The translations under genes and the position numbers were made by a program. This document shows, piece after piece, positions 22,982-32,311 of a stretch of DNA of 64,000 nt. The stretch covers positions 320,001 to 384,000 of the forward strand of contig CAWELD010000003.1 of the NCBI GenBank assembly GCA_963809895.1, in the 5' to 3' direction. The notes beneath the pieces were generated by a model. That model was not told the DNA's origin and did not search any database. It saw only the letters and a program-made list of their open reading frames with translations. Source of the DNA: an uncultured Gemmatimonadales bacterium (GTDB taxonomy: Bacteria > Gemmatimonadota > Gemmatimonadetes > Longimicrobiales > Gaopeijiaceae). Positions within the stretch are counted from its first letter, which is position 1; each line of letters starts with the position of its first letter.

Positions 22982-23749
22982 ATGCCGCCACGCGTCACGC
23001 TCCTCACCGACTTCGGAACCGCCGACGGTTACGTCGCGGCCATGAAGGGAGTGATGGCCGCCAGGGTGCCTGGCGTTCAGCTCGACGACGTCGCGCACGA
23101 CCTGGCCCAGGGCGACATCGTGACGGCCTCCAGAACGCTGGGGCGGTACTGGCACCTCTATCCCGAAGGCTCGGTGCACCTGGTGGTGGTGGATCCGGGC
23201 GTGGGTACGGGGCGACGGGCCCTGGCGCTGGAGTGTGAAGGGAGGCTCGTGGTGGCGCCGGACAACGGCGTCGTCAGCGAGGTCGTACGAACCGGCCAGG
23301 CGTGGCGCGCCGTGGAGATTGTGCACGTGAGGGCGCCCGGCGCCCCCTCGACCACCTTTCACGGCCGCGACGTGTTCGCGCCGGCGGCCGCGCACCTCGC
23401 CGCCGGCGGGCCGCTGGAGGATCTGGGACCGGCCCTGGAGGACCCCCTGCTCCTGGAGCGTCCCGAGCCGGAGCGCCTCGCCTCGGGAGGCGCGCGGGGC
23501 ACCGCCCTGGCCGTGGATCGCTTCGGCAATGTCGCCACCAACCTTCCCGGGGACTGGCTTCAGGGCGTCCGCGCCGTGGAGCTCTCCGGCCGTTCGCTTC
23601 CGGTGGCCTCCACCTACGGCGACGTGGCCCCGGGTGAGGCCCTGGTGCTGGTGGGCTCCGACGGGTACGTGGAGATCGCGGTCCGGGACGGCTCGGCGGC
23701 CGACGTCCTGGGGCTCGCCCCCGGCTCCGTGGTGGTCCTACCAGACTAG
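22982..23749 (+). CDS. SAM hydroxide adenosyltransferase / chlorinase-fluorinase family (DUF62)
   Basis: LLTDFGTADGYV, VVDPGVG, APDNG, STTFHGRDVFAP, DRFGN. Confidence 0.93.
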   Translation: MPPRVTLLTDFGTADGYVAAMKGVMAARVPGVQLDDVAHDLAQGDIVTASRTLGRYWHLYPEGSVHLVVVDPGVGTGRRALALECEGRLVVAPDNGVVSEVVRTGQAWRAVEIVHVRAPGAPSTTFHGRDVFAPAAAHLAAGGPLEDLGPALEDPLLLERPEPERLASGGARGTALAVDRFGNVATNLPGDWLQGVRAVELSGRSLPVASTYGDVAPGEALVLVGSDGYVEIAVRDGSAADVLGLAPGSVVVLPD

Positions 23750-23751
23750 AA

Positions 23752-23782
23752 CGGGCCCCCGGACATCGCGTCCGGAGGCCCG
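23752..23782. terminator. Hairpin between convergent genes
   Basis: cgggcccccggac-atcgc-gtccggaggcccg. Confidence 0.55.
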
Positions 23783-23816
23783 CCCGGGTCTTCGTCTCCG
23801 AAGCCCTCGTGTCAGG

Positions 23817-24050
23817 TCATTCGCCTTCGAGCCAGCGCCGGTCGGCCGCGGACAGCTTACCCGACGACCGGCGGTCGAGGATCTTCACCACCACCCATCC
23901 CACGAGCATGATCGGGGCGACCTTGAAGAGCAGGAACGCCGCCAGCGATCCCACCAGACCGATCACCGACCCCACCACGGCCAGGACGACTCCCGCCACG
24001 ATGAGGGTCAGGAGACCCACGGCGAAGAAGGTGAGAAGTGATCCGAGCAT
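23817..24050 (-). CDS. Small membrane protein (77 aa, two TM segments)
   Basis: Hydrophobic ORF with GGAGG RBS, a charged tail (SAADRRWLEGE) and its own ECF-type promoter. Confidence 0.75.
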   Translation of the reverse strand: MLGSLLTFFAVGLLTLIVAGVVLAVVGSVIGLVGSLAAFLLFKVAPIMLVGWVVVKILDRRSSGKLSAADRRWLEGE

Positions 24051-24151
24051 GGTGACCTCCGGCCAACGCGATTCAGTCGTCAGGGTCCGGCGGGCGACGG
24101 CCCGCGGGGGGGTCTCGTCAGCGCCGGGAGGGCCTGGCCCTCATCATCACA

Positions 24152-24178
24152 TACGCCGAACCGCCCCCGAAAGATTCA
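24152..24178 (-). promoter_or_regulatory. ECF-type promoter for the small membrane protein
   Basis: TGAATC-N17-CGTA on the minus strand. Confidence 0.65.
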
Positions 24179-25027
24179 GCGGAGCCAGACGACCTTCACG
24201 CTCCCGAAAGCGGCCTGGACGTCGACGGTGATGTGGACCCGAGCCTCGTCGTAGTCCGGAGAATAATACGCGTCGCCCCGCTTGATGAGCCCCTCGGAGT
24301 CCAGCGACGTGAGGAAGGACTTCTTCCTGAGCATGACGCCCACGTTCTTGGGAAAACGCATCTCCAGCGAGCCCAGCCCCATGCCCACCTGCACGTCCAT
24401 GTCCCGGCGCCATTGGCCCGAGAAGTCCAGGGTCACCTCGCCGACACCGGCGCTCAGGTCCAGGTTCTCGGCGTTGAGATTCCCGAGCCGGCGGGCGGTG
24501 AAGTCGGCGGCTCCCACTTCGAGGTCCACCGAGTGGAGGACCTCCGGATTGGGAGCGGAGACGTCGATACGGGACTCGGAGGCCCCGGTGCTGAGCTTCA
24601 GGTCCCTGAGCCGCAGGCCGCCGAGATCCACGTCGGCCCGCACCGCGCCGAACTCCATGTCCAGCGACATGGGCACTTCCCGGGACAGCTCCACGGACAG
24701 GTCGCCGCCCTTGCGGTCCTTGCGGATGTGGATGTCGTCGTCGATGGCGTCCACACCCAGCTCGAGGCGCCCCCGATCGTAGGACACCACCGGATCGAAG
24801 GTGTCCTCGTCGTAGCGGAGCTGGACGCGGTAGAGCATGCCCGCTGCTCCGGGCCGCACCTCGAAATCTCCGGCCCCGTAGCGGACGCGTACATCCAGCG
24901 CGTCGTCGCCGTCGACCTGGCGGGACACCGTCATGGTGCGCCAGCTCTGGGCCTGCAGCCGGGCGGGTCCCAGGGTGCCGGCGGCCACGAGGGCCAGCAG
25001 GGCCACGCGGCGGTGCGGGTTACGCAT
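24176..25027 (-). CDS. Secreted beta-strand repeat protein (LiaF/LiaG/DUF4097-like envelope-stress family)
   Basis: Start ATG 25027 gives a signal peptide (RLQA-QS); repeated L.V..GAG....D units; ends DVQAAFGSVKV. Confidence 0.65.
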   Translation of the reverse strand: MRNPHRRVALLALVAAGTLGPARLQAQSWRTMTVSRQVDGDDALDVRVRYGAGDFEVRPGAAGMLYRVQLRYDEDTFDPVVSYDRGRLELGVDAIDDDIHIRKDRKGGDLSVELSREVPMSLDMEFGAVRADVDLGGLRLRDLKLSTGASESRIDVSAPNPEVLHSVDLEVGAADFTARRLGNLNAENLDLSAGVGEVTLDFSGQWRRDMDVQVGMGLGSLEMRFPKNVGVMLRKKSFLTSLDSEGLIKRGDAYYSPDYDEARVHITVDVQAAFGSVKVVWLR

Positions 25028-26747
25028 CGTCGCCGCCCCCGGGGCTCTTCGTGTCGTCGTCGGCATCCGTGTCCGGTGCATCGGCATCGCCGCCGTTCCA
25101 GCCGTCACCGTGGTCGGCGTCACCGTCCTGCGCGCTCTCAGCGGTGGCGTCCGGCTCGGACGGGCTCGGCTCGGAGAAAGGCGCATCGGGCACGTCGGGG
25201 GCCGACGTCGCCGCTTCGGCCTCCGCGAAGTCGTCCCAACCCGCCGTGGATGCGGAGAAGAGGTCCTCACTCCAGAACTCGGGCCGACGCCCGGCACGCG
25301 TGAGGATCACGGCTCCGAATCCCACGAGCATGGCGAAGATCGTCGCCACCACGCCCGCCGTCACCAGGAGTCCCTCGAGGATTCCCAGGAAGGGAACGGC
25401 CGAGACCAGATGGGCCGCGATGAAGGCGGCCATGAGTACGCCCAGGCCCCCGAAGATGAGCGAGTACGGGTTCGTCACCCGCACCCAGTCCAGGTAGGGG
25501 TAGTGCTGTCGCGAGAGCCAGGAGCCCACGTTGCGGGCGACGGCCAGGTACCCCAGACCCGCAGCCAGGACCACGGCGACGGGAAAGAGCGGAATCCACA
25601 GGATCAACGCGGGGATCCCGATGATGGAGATGGCCAGCGCGATGATTCCGAGGATCCACGCGGGGAGCACCAGGAAGGCGCCCGCGGTGCCCACCAGGGC
25701 GGCGCGTCCCGGCGTGCGGCGCGCCGTCTCGGCCACCGCGTCGAGATTCGATCCCGCGAAGTAGAGGACGAAACCACCCACGATGCCCAGGATGAGGACC
25801 GTGAAGAGGTCTCCGAACGCCCCGCCCACCGCGTCGCCGACCCGGCTGAAGGCGCTCCAGCCCCGGTTCCTGCGCGTCGCCTCGCGAAGGCTCGTGCGAG
25901 TCGCGCTACGCACTTCGTCGCGAATGCGGTTGCGGATCTCCTGCTGGCTCACCACCGCGGGCGTGTCGACCTCGCGGACACCACCCTCGACTTCGCCGCC
26001 GTCGTTGCGCACGCGTCCGTCGGCGTGGCGCAACTCGCCGGTGATCCGGCTTCCGGGCCGCAGGTCCACGTCGCCTCCCACCACCACCACGTCACCCCGG
26101 ATGAGGCCTTCCACCTCCAGGTCGCCGTCCACCACCACCACGGTGGCGTCCACCTGGTCCTCGGGACCGACGGTCATGTCCTCGCCCACGGTGATGCGCA
26201 GGTCTTCCAGGTCCAGGTCGTCCAGCGCCGCGGCCAGGCCTGGCAGCGCGTTGGCGCGGCTCAGAAGCCGCGTGAGCGCGCCCACGTCCACGCCGGCGAC
26301 GGGAGCCTCGGGTGCGGCGGGCGCCTCGGCGGGAGCCGGAGACTCGAGCGCGTCCTCCAACGCCCCGTCGATGGCGTCGGCCACGCGGGAATCGGCGGCA
26401 TCCAGACCCTCGGGCGGCGACCATCCCACCAGCGCACGGGACAGGGGGCCGTCCTCCAGCGCCACCGCGGTGCCCAGGAGGGTCCTCCACGCCGTGTCCA
26501 GGGATCCACCGGGTGTGTACTCGCCCACCACCGCGTCGCCGATGGACACCTTGCCGCCGTCCAACGAGATATCCAGGGAGCCACCGCCGGCGATGTCCAG
26601 CCGCAGCACCGCTTCGTCGCGGCCCACGGTCACTTCCTTGGACACGATGTCCCGGGTTTGCTGGGCCTGCACGGCAGGAGCCGCGGCTCCTGCCAGCGCG
26701 GCGCTCAGAGCGAGCGCCCGGACCAGGTCAGATCGAAAGCTGCGCAT
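25020..26747 (-). CDS. Membrane protein with bactofilin/polymer-forming-like beta-helix segment and multi-TM domain
   Basis: Start ATG 26747 with signal peptide; VVVVDGDLEVEGLIRGDVVVVGGDVDL..GSRITG; ~5-6 TM helices; acidic tail. Confidence 0.7.
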   Translation of the reverse strand: MRSFRSDLVRALALSAALAGAAAPAVQAQQTRDIVSKEVTVGRDEAVLRLDIAGGGSLDISLDGGKVSIGDAVVGEYTPGGSLDTAWRTLLGTAVALEDGPLSRALVGWSPPEGLDAADSRVADAIDGALEDALESPAPAEAPAAPEAPVAGVDVGALTRLLSRANALPGLAAALDDLDLEDLRITVGEDMTVGPEDQVDATVVVVDGDLEVEGLIRGDVVVVGGDVDLRPGSRITGELRHADGRVRNDGGEVEGGVREVDTPAVVSQQEIRNRIRDEVRSATRTSLREATRRNRGWSAFSRVGDAVGGAFGDLFTVLILGIVGGFVLYFAGSNLDAVAETARRTPGRAALVGTAGAFLVLPAWILGIIALAISIIGIPALILWIPLFPVAVVLAAGLGYLAVARNVGSWLSRQHYPYLDWVRVTNPYSLIFGGLGVLMAAFIAAHLVSAVPFLGILEGLLVTAGVVATIFAMLVGFGAVILTRAGRRPEFWSEDLFSASTAGWDDFAEAEAATSAPDVPDAPFSEPSPSEPDATAESAQDGDADHGDGWNGGDADAPDTDADDDTKSPGGGDDA

Positions 26748-27669
26748 AACGGCGATCCTCGGGGTGCGAGGCGAAAACGTTCCGGTACAGGATCCACAGG
26801 GCCGCCATGATGAGGCCCGACAGCAGGGCCGCTCCAGCGGCCGCCAGGGTGGGGGACTGGAGCATTCCGCGCAGGACCTCCCAGGCCCTGAACACGTTGG
26901 AGCTCTCCAGCCCCGAAGCGCCCACCGCATCCAGCGCACGCTCCGCCAGGGTGGACGCCTTGAGCCAGGCGAAGGACGCCAGGCTCCCGACGGTCACCAA
27001 CGGATGCGAGAAGACGGTCTGCACCACCAGCGCCAGCGTCGCCACCGGGGCAACGGCAGCTCCGAGGGCGGCCGCCCAACCCCGGGGTGACGACGGTACG
27101 GCGCCCCGGATCCAGGCGAGCACGCGCTCGCGACGGGTCGTGGGAGCCAGGGCCGTCTCGGCGAGACGGCGGATGCGCACACCGGCCAACACCCGCTCCG
27201 AGAAGTCCTCGCAGGGAGCCAGCCGCGCGAGTCCCGCCAGTGCCCGTCCCAGAGCCTGGAACTCGTCCAGCTCGAGGCGGCACACGGCGCAGCTGTCCAG
27301 ATGCGCTTCGACGCGGGCCGCCGTGCGAGCCGCCAGCCGACCGTCCATGTAGTCCTGGAGACGCGCGGACCCCACGTGCGCCGCAGCCTGATTCTCGAGA
27401 CCGAGCCAGGCCCGCACTCGAGCGCCCGCTCCGGCTCGCCGGGGCAGGGACTCCACGATGCGCTCGCGGAAGGCCGGGGACGGGGACAGCTTCGGCAGCT
27501 CCGTGAGCTCGCCGAAGAGCGTCTCCCATGCCTCCATCTCCGAGCGGCAGCGCACGCACCCGTCCACGTGAGCGTGGGCGGCCCGGGCCTCCTGGAGGGG
27601 AAGCTCCCCGTCCAGGAGCGCCTGCAGCCGCTCGGCGCTCAGATGTCCGTTCATGTCGTCGTGCTTCAC
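26728..27669 (-). CDS. Membrane anti-sigma factor with two zf-HC2 domains
   Basis: HLS..LQALLDGEL...HVDGCVRC and HVG..LQDYMDGRL...HLDSCAVC, followed by TM segments. Confidence 0.88.
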   Translation of the reverse strand: MKHDDMNGHLSAERLQALLDGELPLQEARAAHAHVDGCVRCRSEMEAWETLFGELTELPKLSPSPAFRERIVESLPRRAGAGARVRAWLGLENQAAAHVGSARLQDYMDGRLAARTAARVEAHLDSCAVCRLELDEFQALGRALAGLARLAPCEDFSERVLAGVRIRRLAETALAPTTRRERVLAWIRGAVPSSPRGWAAALGAAVAPVATLALVVQTVFSHPLVTVGSLASFAWLKASTLAERALDAVGASGLESSNVFRAWEVLRGMLQSPTLAAAGAALLSGLIMAALWILYRNVFASHPEDRRYAQLSI

Positions 27670-27709
27670 GTGTGGCGTCTCCGCTCGGTGGTCGTCCTTC
27701 GTCCGACCC

Positions 27710-27736
27710 TACGGGATTCTCTCGGGACCGGTTTCA
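27710..27736 (-). promoter_or_regulatory. ECF-type promoter for the anti-sigma operon
   Basis: TGAAAC-N17-CGTA in the sigma/anti-sigma intergenic gap. Confidence 0.7.
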
Positions 27737-27748
27737 CGGCAGCAGGCA

Positions 27749-28423
27749 TCAGGTTTCCAGGTGCGCCAGGTGGTCTTTCAGCTCGTTCCGCGCGCGGTGC
27801 AGATACGTCTTCACCGTACCCAGCGGGAGCTCCATGGTCTCGGCGATCTCGTCGTAGCTGTAGCCCTCTACGTGGCGCAGGAGGATCACCGTGCGATACT
27901 CGGGGCGCAGCGATCCGATGGCCTGCTCGATCTGGCTCCCCAGCTCCTTGTTCTCCACGAAGGCGTCGGGACGCTCGTCGGTGGATTCCACGACCAGGCT
28001 CGTGCGCGCTTCCTCCTGGGCCGAATCGGCATGCGGCGACCCGTGGATGGAGATCGTGTCCAGCTTGCGCTTGCGCAGGAAGTCGATGGTGTGGTTGTTG
28101 GCGATCTTGAAGATCCAGTTGGAGAACTTGTAGGAAGGGTTGTACGAGTCGATGGCGTTGAAGGCCCGGATGAACGCTTCCTGCGCCAGGTCCTCGGCGG
28201 TGTTGCGGTCGCGGACCATGCGGAAGACCAGCGAGAAGACGGGCCGCTCATAACGGGACAGGAGTTCCCGGTACGCGCTCTCGCGGCCCTGGGCCGCCAA
28301 TGCGGCCAGGTCCCGGTCTTCGAGCTGAGCGTAGTCGTGGGAGGACAGCGGTCCGGACCTCGTGTCGGTTGTGGACGCGAGGGGGACGGGGCCATCCGCC
28401 GTCGTTGCGGAGGAGCTTGCCAT
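27749..28423 (-). CDS. ECF RNA polymerase sigma factor (SigW-like)
   Basis: AEDLAQEAFIRAF, KFSNWIFKIANNHTIDFLRK, YSYDEIAETMELPLGTVKTYLHRAR. Confidence 0.95.
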   Translation of the reverse strand: MASSSATTADGPVPLASTTDTRSGPLSSHDYAQLEDRDLAALAAQGRESAYRELLSRYERPVFSLVFRMVRDRNTAEDLAQEAFIRAFNAIDSYNPSYKFSNWIFKIANNHTIDFLRKRKLDTISIHGSPHADSAQEEARTSLVVESTDERPDAFVENKELGSQIEQAIGSLRPEYRTVILLRHVEGYSYDEIAETMELPLGTVKTYLHRARNELKDHLAHLET

Positions 28424-28435
28424 GGCACCCGGCCC

Positions 28436-28462
28436 TACGCGGTGTCGGCCGGCGGAGTTTCG
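28436..28462 (-). promoter_or_regulatory. Autoregulatory ECF-type promoter
   Basis: CGAAAC-N17-CGTA ending 12 nt before the sigma ATG. Confidence 0.65.
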
Positions 28463-28543
28463 GCCAGGGATGGAACCCGGCCTCCAACCCGGGTACGTTG
28501 AGGACCCCGTGGCGACAAGCTAGCAGACCCGAAACCCCGTGTC

Positions 28544-29272
28544 ATGGCGACCCATCCCCAGGCTGCCCCCTCGCAGGGCGAAGACCGCGAGCGGCAGGTC
28601 CGGACGCTCTTCTCGGAGATCGCGCCCCGCTACGACCTGCTGAACCACGTGCTCAGCCTCAACGTGGACCGGGCCTGGCGCCGGCGTGCGGTGGATCGGC
28701 TCGGGTGGCAGCGGACGCCGGAGGGCCTCTACCTGGACGCCTGCGCCGGGACCTACGATCTCAGCCTCGAGCTCGCCGACCGTGACGGGTTCCAGGGACG
28801 CGTGGTCGCGTCGGACTTCGCGCAGCCCATGTTGGTGGAGGGGCTGGACAAGCTCTCCGCATCCCCGGTGGCGCCGGTGTGTGGCGACACCCTCCGCCTC
28901 CCGTTCCCGGAGGACACCTTCCACGGGGCGACGGTGGGCTTCGGCGTGCGAAATCTCGCCGACCTCGAGCGGGGCTTCCGGGAGTTCCATCGCGTGCTCC
29001 GTTCCGGCGGGCGGCTGGTGATCCTGGAGTTCACCATCCCGCCGAATCGCCTGGTGCGGGCCGGCTACATGTTCTACTTCACCCGCATCCTGCCGCTCGT
29101 GGGCCGCATCGTGTCGGGGCACCCGTGGGCGTACAGCTACCTGCCCGAGTCGGTGAAGGAGTTTCCGGGCCCCGCTGCCCTGGCCGACACGCTACGGAAG
29201 GCGGGTTTCGCCGAGGCGGGCTACGACCTGCTCACCTTCGGGATCGCGGCGATCCACTGGGCCCAGAAGTAG
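28544..29272 (+). CDS. menG: UbiE/MenG family demethylmenaquinone methyltransferase
   Basis: FSEIAPRYDLLNHVLS, DACAGTYD, GFGVRN, YSYLPESV. Confidence 0.92.
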   Translation: MATHPQAAPSQGEDRERQVRTLFSEIAPRYDLLNHVLSLNVDRAWRRRAVDRLGWQRTPEGLYLDACAGTYDLSLELADRDGFQGRVVASDFAQPMLVEGLDKLSASPVAPVCGDTLRLPFPEDTFHGATVGFGVRNLADLERGFREFHRVLRSGGRLVILEFTIPPNRLVRAGYMFYFTRILPLVGRIVSGHPWAYSYLPESVKEFPGPAALADTLRKAGFAEAGYDLLTFGIAAIHWAQK

Positions 29273-30734
29273 CCTCGGGTTCCGCCAGATCCAGGATCGT
29301 CACCGGTCCCAGGCTCTCCAGGGGCTCGTCGAAGGTATCCGGGTTTCCCACCACGAGGATCACCATTCGATCCAGGTCCAGGTAGCGACGGAACACATCG
29401 CGCACGTCGCGCGGGTGGACCTGTTGCAGGCCCCGCAGGTAGCGCTCGAGCCAGTCGGCGGGGAGGCCCGAGGCCTCGTAGAACATCTGGCGCGAGATGA
29501 CCTGCGACGGCGCCTGGAAGTTGAAGACGAAGCCGTTGGTGGCTTCCTCCACCGTGGTGGCGACCTCGTCGGAGTCCGGCGCCTCGTCGACCATGTCTTC
29601 CATGACCTGCTGCACGAGTCGGATGGCGGCCACGGTGGTCTCGCCGCGGGTCCGGGTGGTCGCGCCGATGAGCCCGTCGTAGCGGACCGGCGCGGTCCAC
29701 AGCGACGACGCGCTGTACGCGTAGCCGGCTTCGGTGCGCACCCGGGTGAGCAATCGGCTCGACAGCCCGCTCGCTCCCAGGATCGCGTTGCCGATGCGCG
29801 ACGCGAAATAGTCGCGGGTGTCGGATTGGCGCAGGGCGGTGGTGTGGGCCAGGACCACCGTGCTCTGGTCGATAGGCCGCGGGATGAGGAAGACGCCCGG
29901 CTCCGTCCGGATCGTGGGCAGGGGGGCCTCGGGTAGCGGTTCCGGGCAGGCGGGCCAGTCGGCGAGCAGAGCCTCCAGGCGTGGGCGGATCTCCTCCCAC
30001 GACACGTCGCCGGTCACGCCCAGGACCAGGTTGCCCGGACACAGGATGCGCCGCTGCAGCCAGCGCACCCGCTCCCTGGACAGTCGCTCCGGTGTGAGAT
30101 CGTCGGCCGCCAGCTCCCAGCCGATGGGGTGGTCGCCGTACATGAGGCGGTTGAACTCGGAGAAGGCCAGCTGCCCCGGGTTGTCCTTGCGGCGGGTGAC
30201 GCTCTCCTGCTCCTGTCCCCGCCACACCTCGAGTCGGGTCGAGTCGAAGCGCGGATGCTCGAGGATCTCGCCCCACACCGCCAGGGCCGGGCCGAGGTGC
30301 TCGCTCAGCGTGTTGAGGGCGGAGAAGGTGGACTCGCCCGCCCCACCGAAGGTGGTCTGGGCGGCGTAGTATTCCAGGAGCACGTCCACCGAGTCCGGCG
30401 TCAGGTCCCTGGTGCCTCCGCCCCGGAGCAGCGAGGGCAGCGCGGTTCCGGCGGCGTAGTACTCCCGGCCGAAGTTGGAGTACCCTCCCTCGAAACGGGC
30501 GAGCACGTTGACCAGGGGCAGCGAGTGGTCCTCCAGCAGATAGACCGGGACGCCCCCCGGGAGCTCGTGGACCTCGGGCTTCGGCGGATCGAAGCGCAGC
30601 TCGGGATAGCGCAGACGCTCCACGGCCCGCCGCCCCACGTCCTGGGCGTGGAGCGACGCCGCTCCCAGGGGTCCGGTGAGCGCCGCGCACGCCAGGGTCG
30701 CGCCGAGCCACCTCCTCGCCATCCCCGTCGTCAC
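29232..30734 (-). CDS. M16 family peptidase, non-catalytic subunit
   Basis: M16-like segments (VYLLEDHSLPLV; ILGASGLSSRL..RVR..GYAYS); no HxxEH; signal peptide. Confidence 0.85.
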   Translation of the reverse strand: MTTGMARRWLGATLACAALTGPLGAASLHAQDVGRRAVERLRYPELRFDPPKPEVHELPGGVPVYLLEDHSLPLVNVLARFEGGYSNFGREYYAAGTALPSLLRGGGTRDLTPDSVDVLLEYYAAQTTFGGAGESTFSALNTLSEHLGPALAVWGEILEHPRFDSTRLEVWRGQEQESVTRRKDNPGQLAFSEFNRLMYGDHPIGWELAADDLTPERLSRERVRWLQRRILCPGNLVLGVTGDVSWEEIRPRLEALLADWPACPEPLPEAPLPTIRTEPGVFLIPRPIDQSTVVLAHTTALRQSDTRDYFASRIGNAILGASGLSSRLLTRVRTEAGYAYSASSLWTAPVRYDGLIGATTRTRGETTVAAIRLVQQVMEDMVDEAPDSDEVATTVEEATNGFVFNFQAPSQVISRQMFYEASGLPADWLERYLRGLQQVHPRDVRDVFRRYLDLDRMVILVVGNPDTFDEPLESLGPVTILDLAEPEATSGPSGSPRSRR

Positions 30735-32284
30735 GATCCACCCCCGTCCGCCACGCCGGGCCCGTCGGGCTTCACCAGCGTCGCGACGGTCTCGTTGGCG
30801 CGCAGGAAATATTGGCGTGCCACGCGCTGGATGTCGGCGCGGGCGACCGCGTTCAAACGGTCCGTGAAGCGAAAGGTCTCGCGCCAGTCCCCGTGCAACG
30901 TGACCGAGCCCGCGAGCTGGAAGGCCAGGCCCAGGTTCGACTGGAGACGGCGCACCCGCCCCGCGTCGAGCTGATTCCTGACGCGCTCGAGCTCCTGGTC
31001 CGTGGGTGGTGCAGCGGCCAGGGATGCCAGCTCGTCCTCGATGGCGGCCACCACCTCGGCAGACGTGTGCGGAGCCCGGGGCACGGCATCGATGGTGAAC
31101 ATGCGCGGATCCCGCTCACCCGGCTCCAGCGACGAGCTCACGAAGGTGGCCAGCCGCTCCTCCACCACCAGGCGCCGATAGAGACGCGAGGTGCGCCCGC
31201 CGGTGAGGAGCGAGGTGAGCATCACCAGCGCCGGGGCGTCGGGATCGGTGACCGCGGGCACGTGCCATCCCACCCGCAGCAGCGGCTCGGCGTCGAGCTC
31301 CACCTCCACGCGGCGCTCCCCGCGCTGCGGGGGTTCCACGGCGCGCACCGGTGGTGGCGGGTCGCCGGCCGGCACGGCGTGGAAGTACTCCTCGGCCCAG
31401 GAGGCGACACGGTCCGGATCCAGGTCTCCCACGATGGCCACCACCGCGTTGCGGGCGCCGTAGTAGCGGTCGTAGTAGGCCTTCACGTCCTGGCGCGTGA
31501 GGCGCCGGAGATCGGCCATGTGCCCCACCACCGGCTGGCCGTACGGATGGACCTGGAAGGCGGTGGCCAGGAAGCTCTCGGCCAGGAGCCCTCCGGGCGC
31601 CGTTTCCACCCGCGTGCGCCGCTCCTCCATCACCACGTCCCGCTCCGTGTAGAACTCGCGAAAGACGGGATTCAGCATGCGGTCCGCCTCCATGACGAAC
31701 CACAGCTGGAGGCGGTTGGCTGGCAGCTCGACGTAGTAGGTCGTGCTCTCGGAGGTGGTGGTGGCGTTGAGGCTCCGGGCGCCGTTGCGCGTGAGAATCT
31801 GGTCGAACTCGTTGGAAACGACCCAGGTCCTGGCCGAGTCCTCCAGCGCGTGGATCCGCGCCCTCAGATCCTTCATGCGAGCGCTGTCCGGCGTGGGGGC
31901 GTCCTGAAGCCTGGCCAGCGTGTCCGCCGCCCCGTCCATGACACGAAAGAGCTTACGCTCGGCCTCCACGTCGCGGGTGCCGATGGTCGTGGTGCCCTTG
32001 AAGAGCATGTGCTCCAGCAGGTGCACGATGCCGGTGCGCCCCCGCTCCTCGTTCACGCCGCCCACGGCGTACTGGACCACGAATGCCACCGTGGGGGCTC
32101 CGGGCCGGGGGAGGATGACGAAGCGCATCCCGTTGTCCAGCGTGAGCTCCCGCACGGGCAGCGCCTCCCCCTGCGGCACCTGCCCTCGCAGTCCACCGCT
32201 GCCGGACCCCGGAAGAAGGGCCAGGGCCGCCAGGGAAAGGGCCGCGAGGGCCCGGTGGCGCGGTGGGGATCGGTGATTCGTCAC
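30731..32284 (-). CDS. M16 family zinc peptidase, catalytic subunit
   Basis: GIVHLLEHMLFKGT, LNATT, ERDVVMEERR, HPYGQPVVG; signal peptide. Confidence 0.93.
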   Translation of the reverse strand: MTNHRSPPRHRALAALSLAALALLPGSGSGGLRGQVPQGEALPVRELTLDNGMRFVILPRPGAPTVAFVVQYAVGGVNEERGRTGIVHLLEHMLFKGTTTIGTRDVEAERKLFRVMDGAADTLARLQDAPTPDSARMKDLRARIHALEDSARTWVVSNEFDQILTRNGARSLNATTTSESTTYYVELPANRLQLWFVMEADRMLNPVFREFYTERDVVMEERRTRVETAPGGLLAESFLATAFQVHPYGQPVVGHMADLRRLTRQDVKAYYDRYYGARNAVVAIVGDLDPDRVASWAEEYFHAVPAGDPPPPVRAVEPPQRGERRVEVELDAEPLLRVGWHVPAVTDPDAPALVMLTSLLTGGRTSRLYRRLVVEERLATFVSSSLEPGERDPRMFTIDAVPRAPHTSAEVVAAIEDELASLAAAPPTDQELERVRNQLDAGRVRRLQSNLGLAFQLAGSVTLHGDWRETFRFTDRLNAVARADIQRVARQYFLRANETVATLVKPDGPGVADGGGS

Positions 32285-32311
32285 GCTGGTGGACCTGCGA
32301 TCATCGCCTGT

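Noticed and set aside
22982..23749. Fluorinase/chlorinase implying halometabolite biosynthesis
   Set aside because: Housekeeping context with no biosynthetic cluster; more likely the widespread DUF62 SAM hydrolase.
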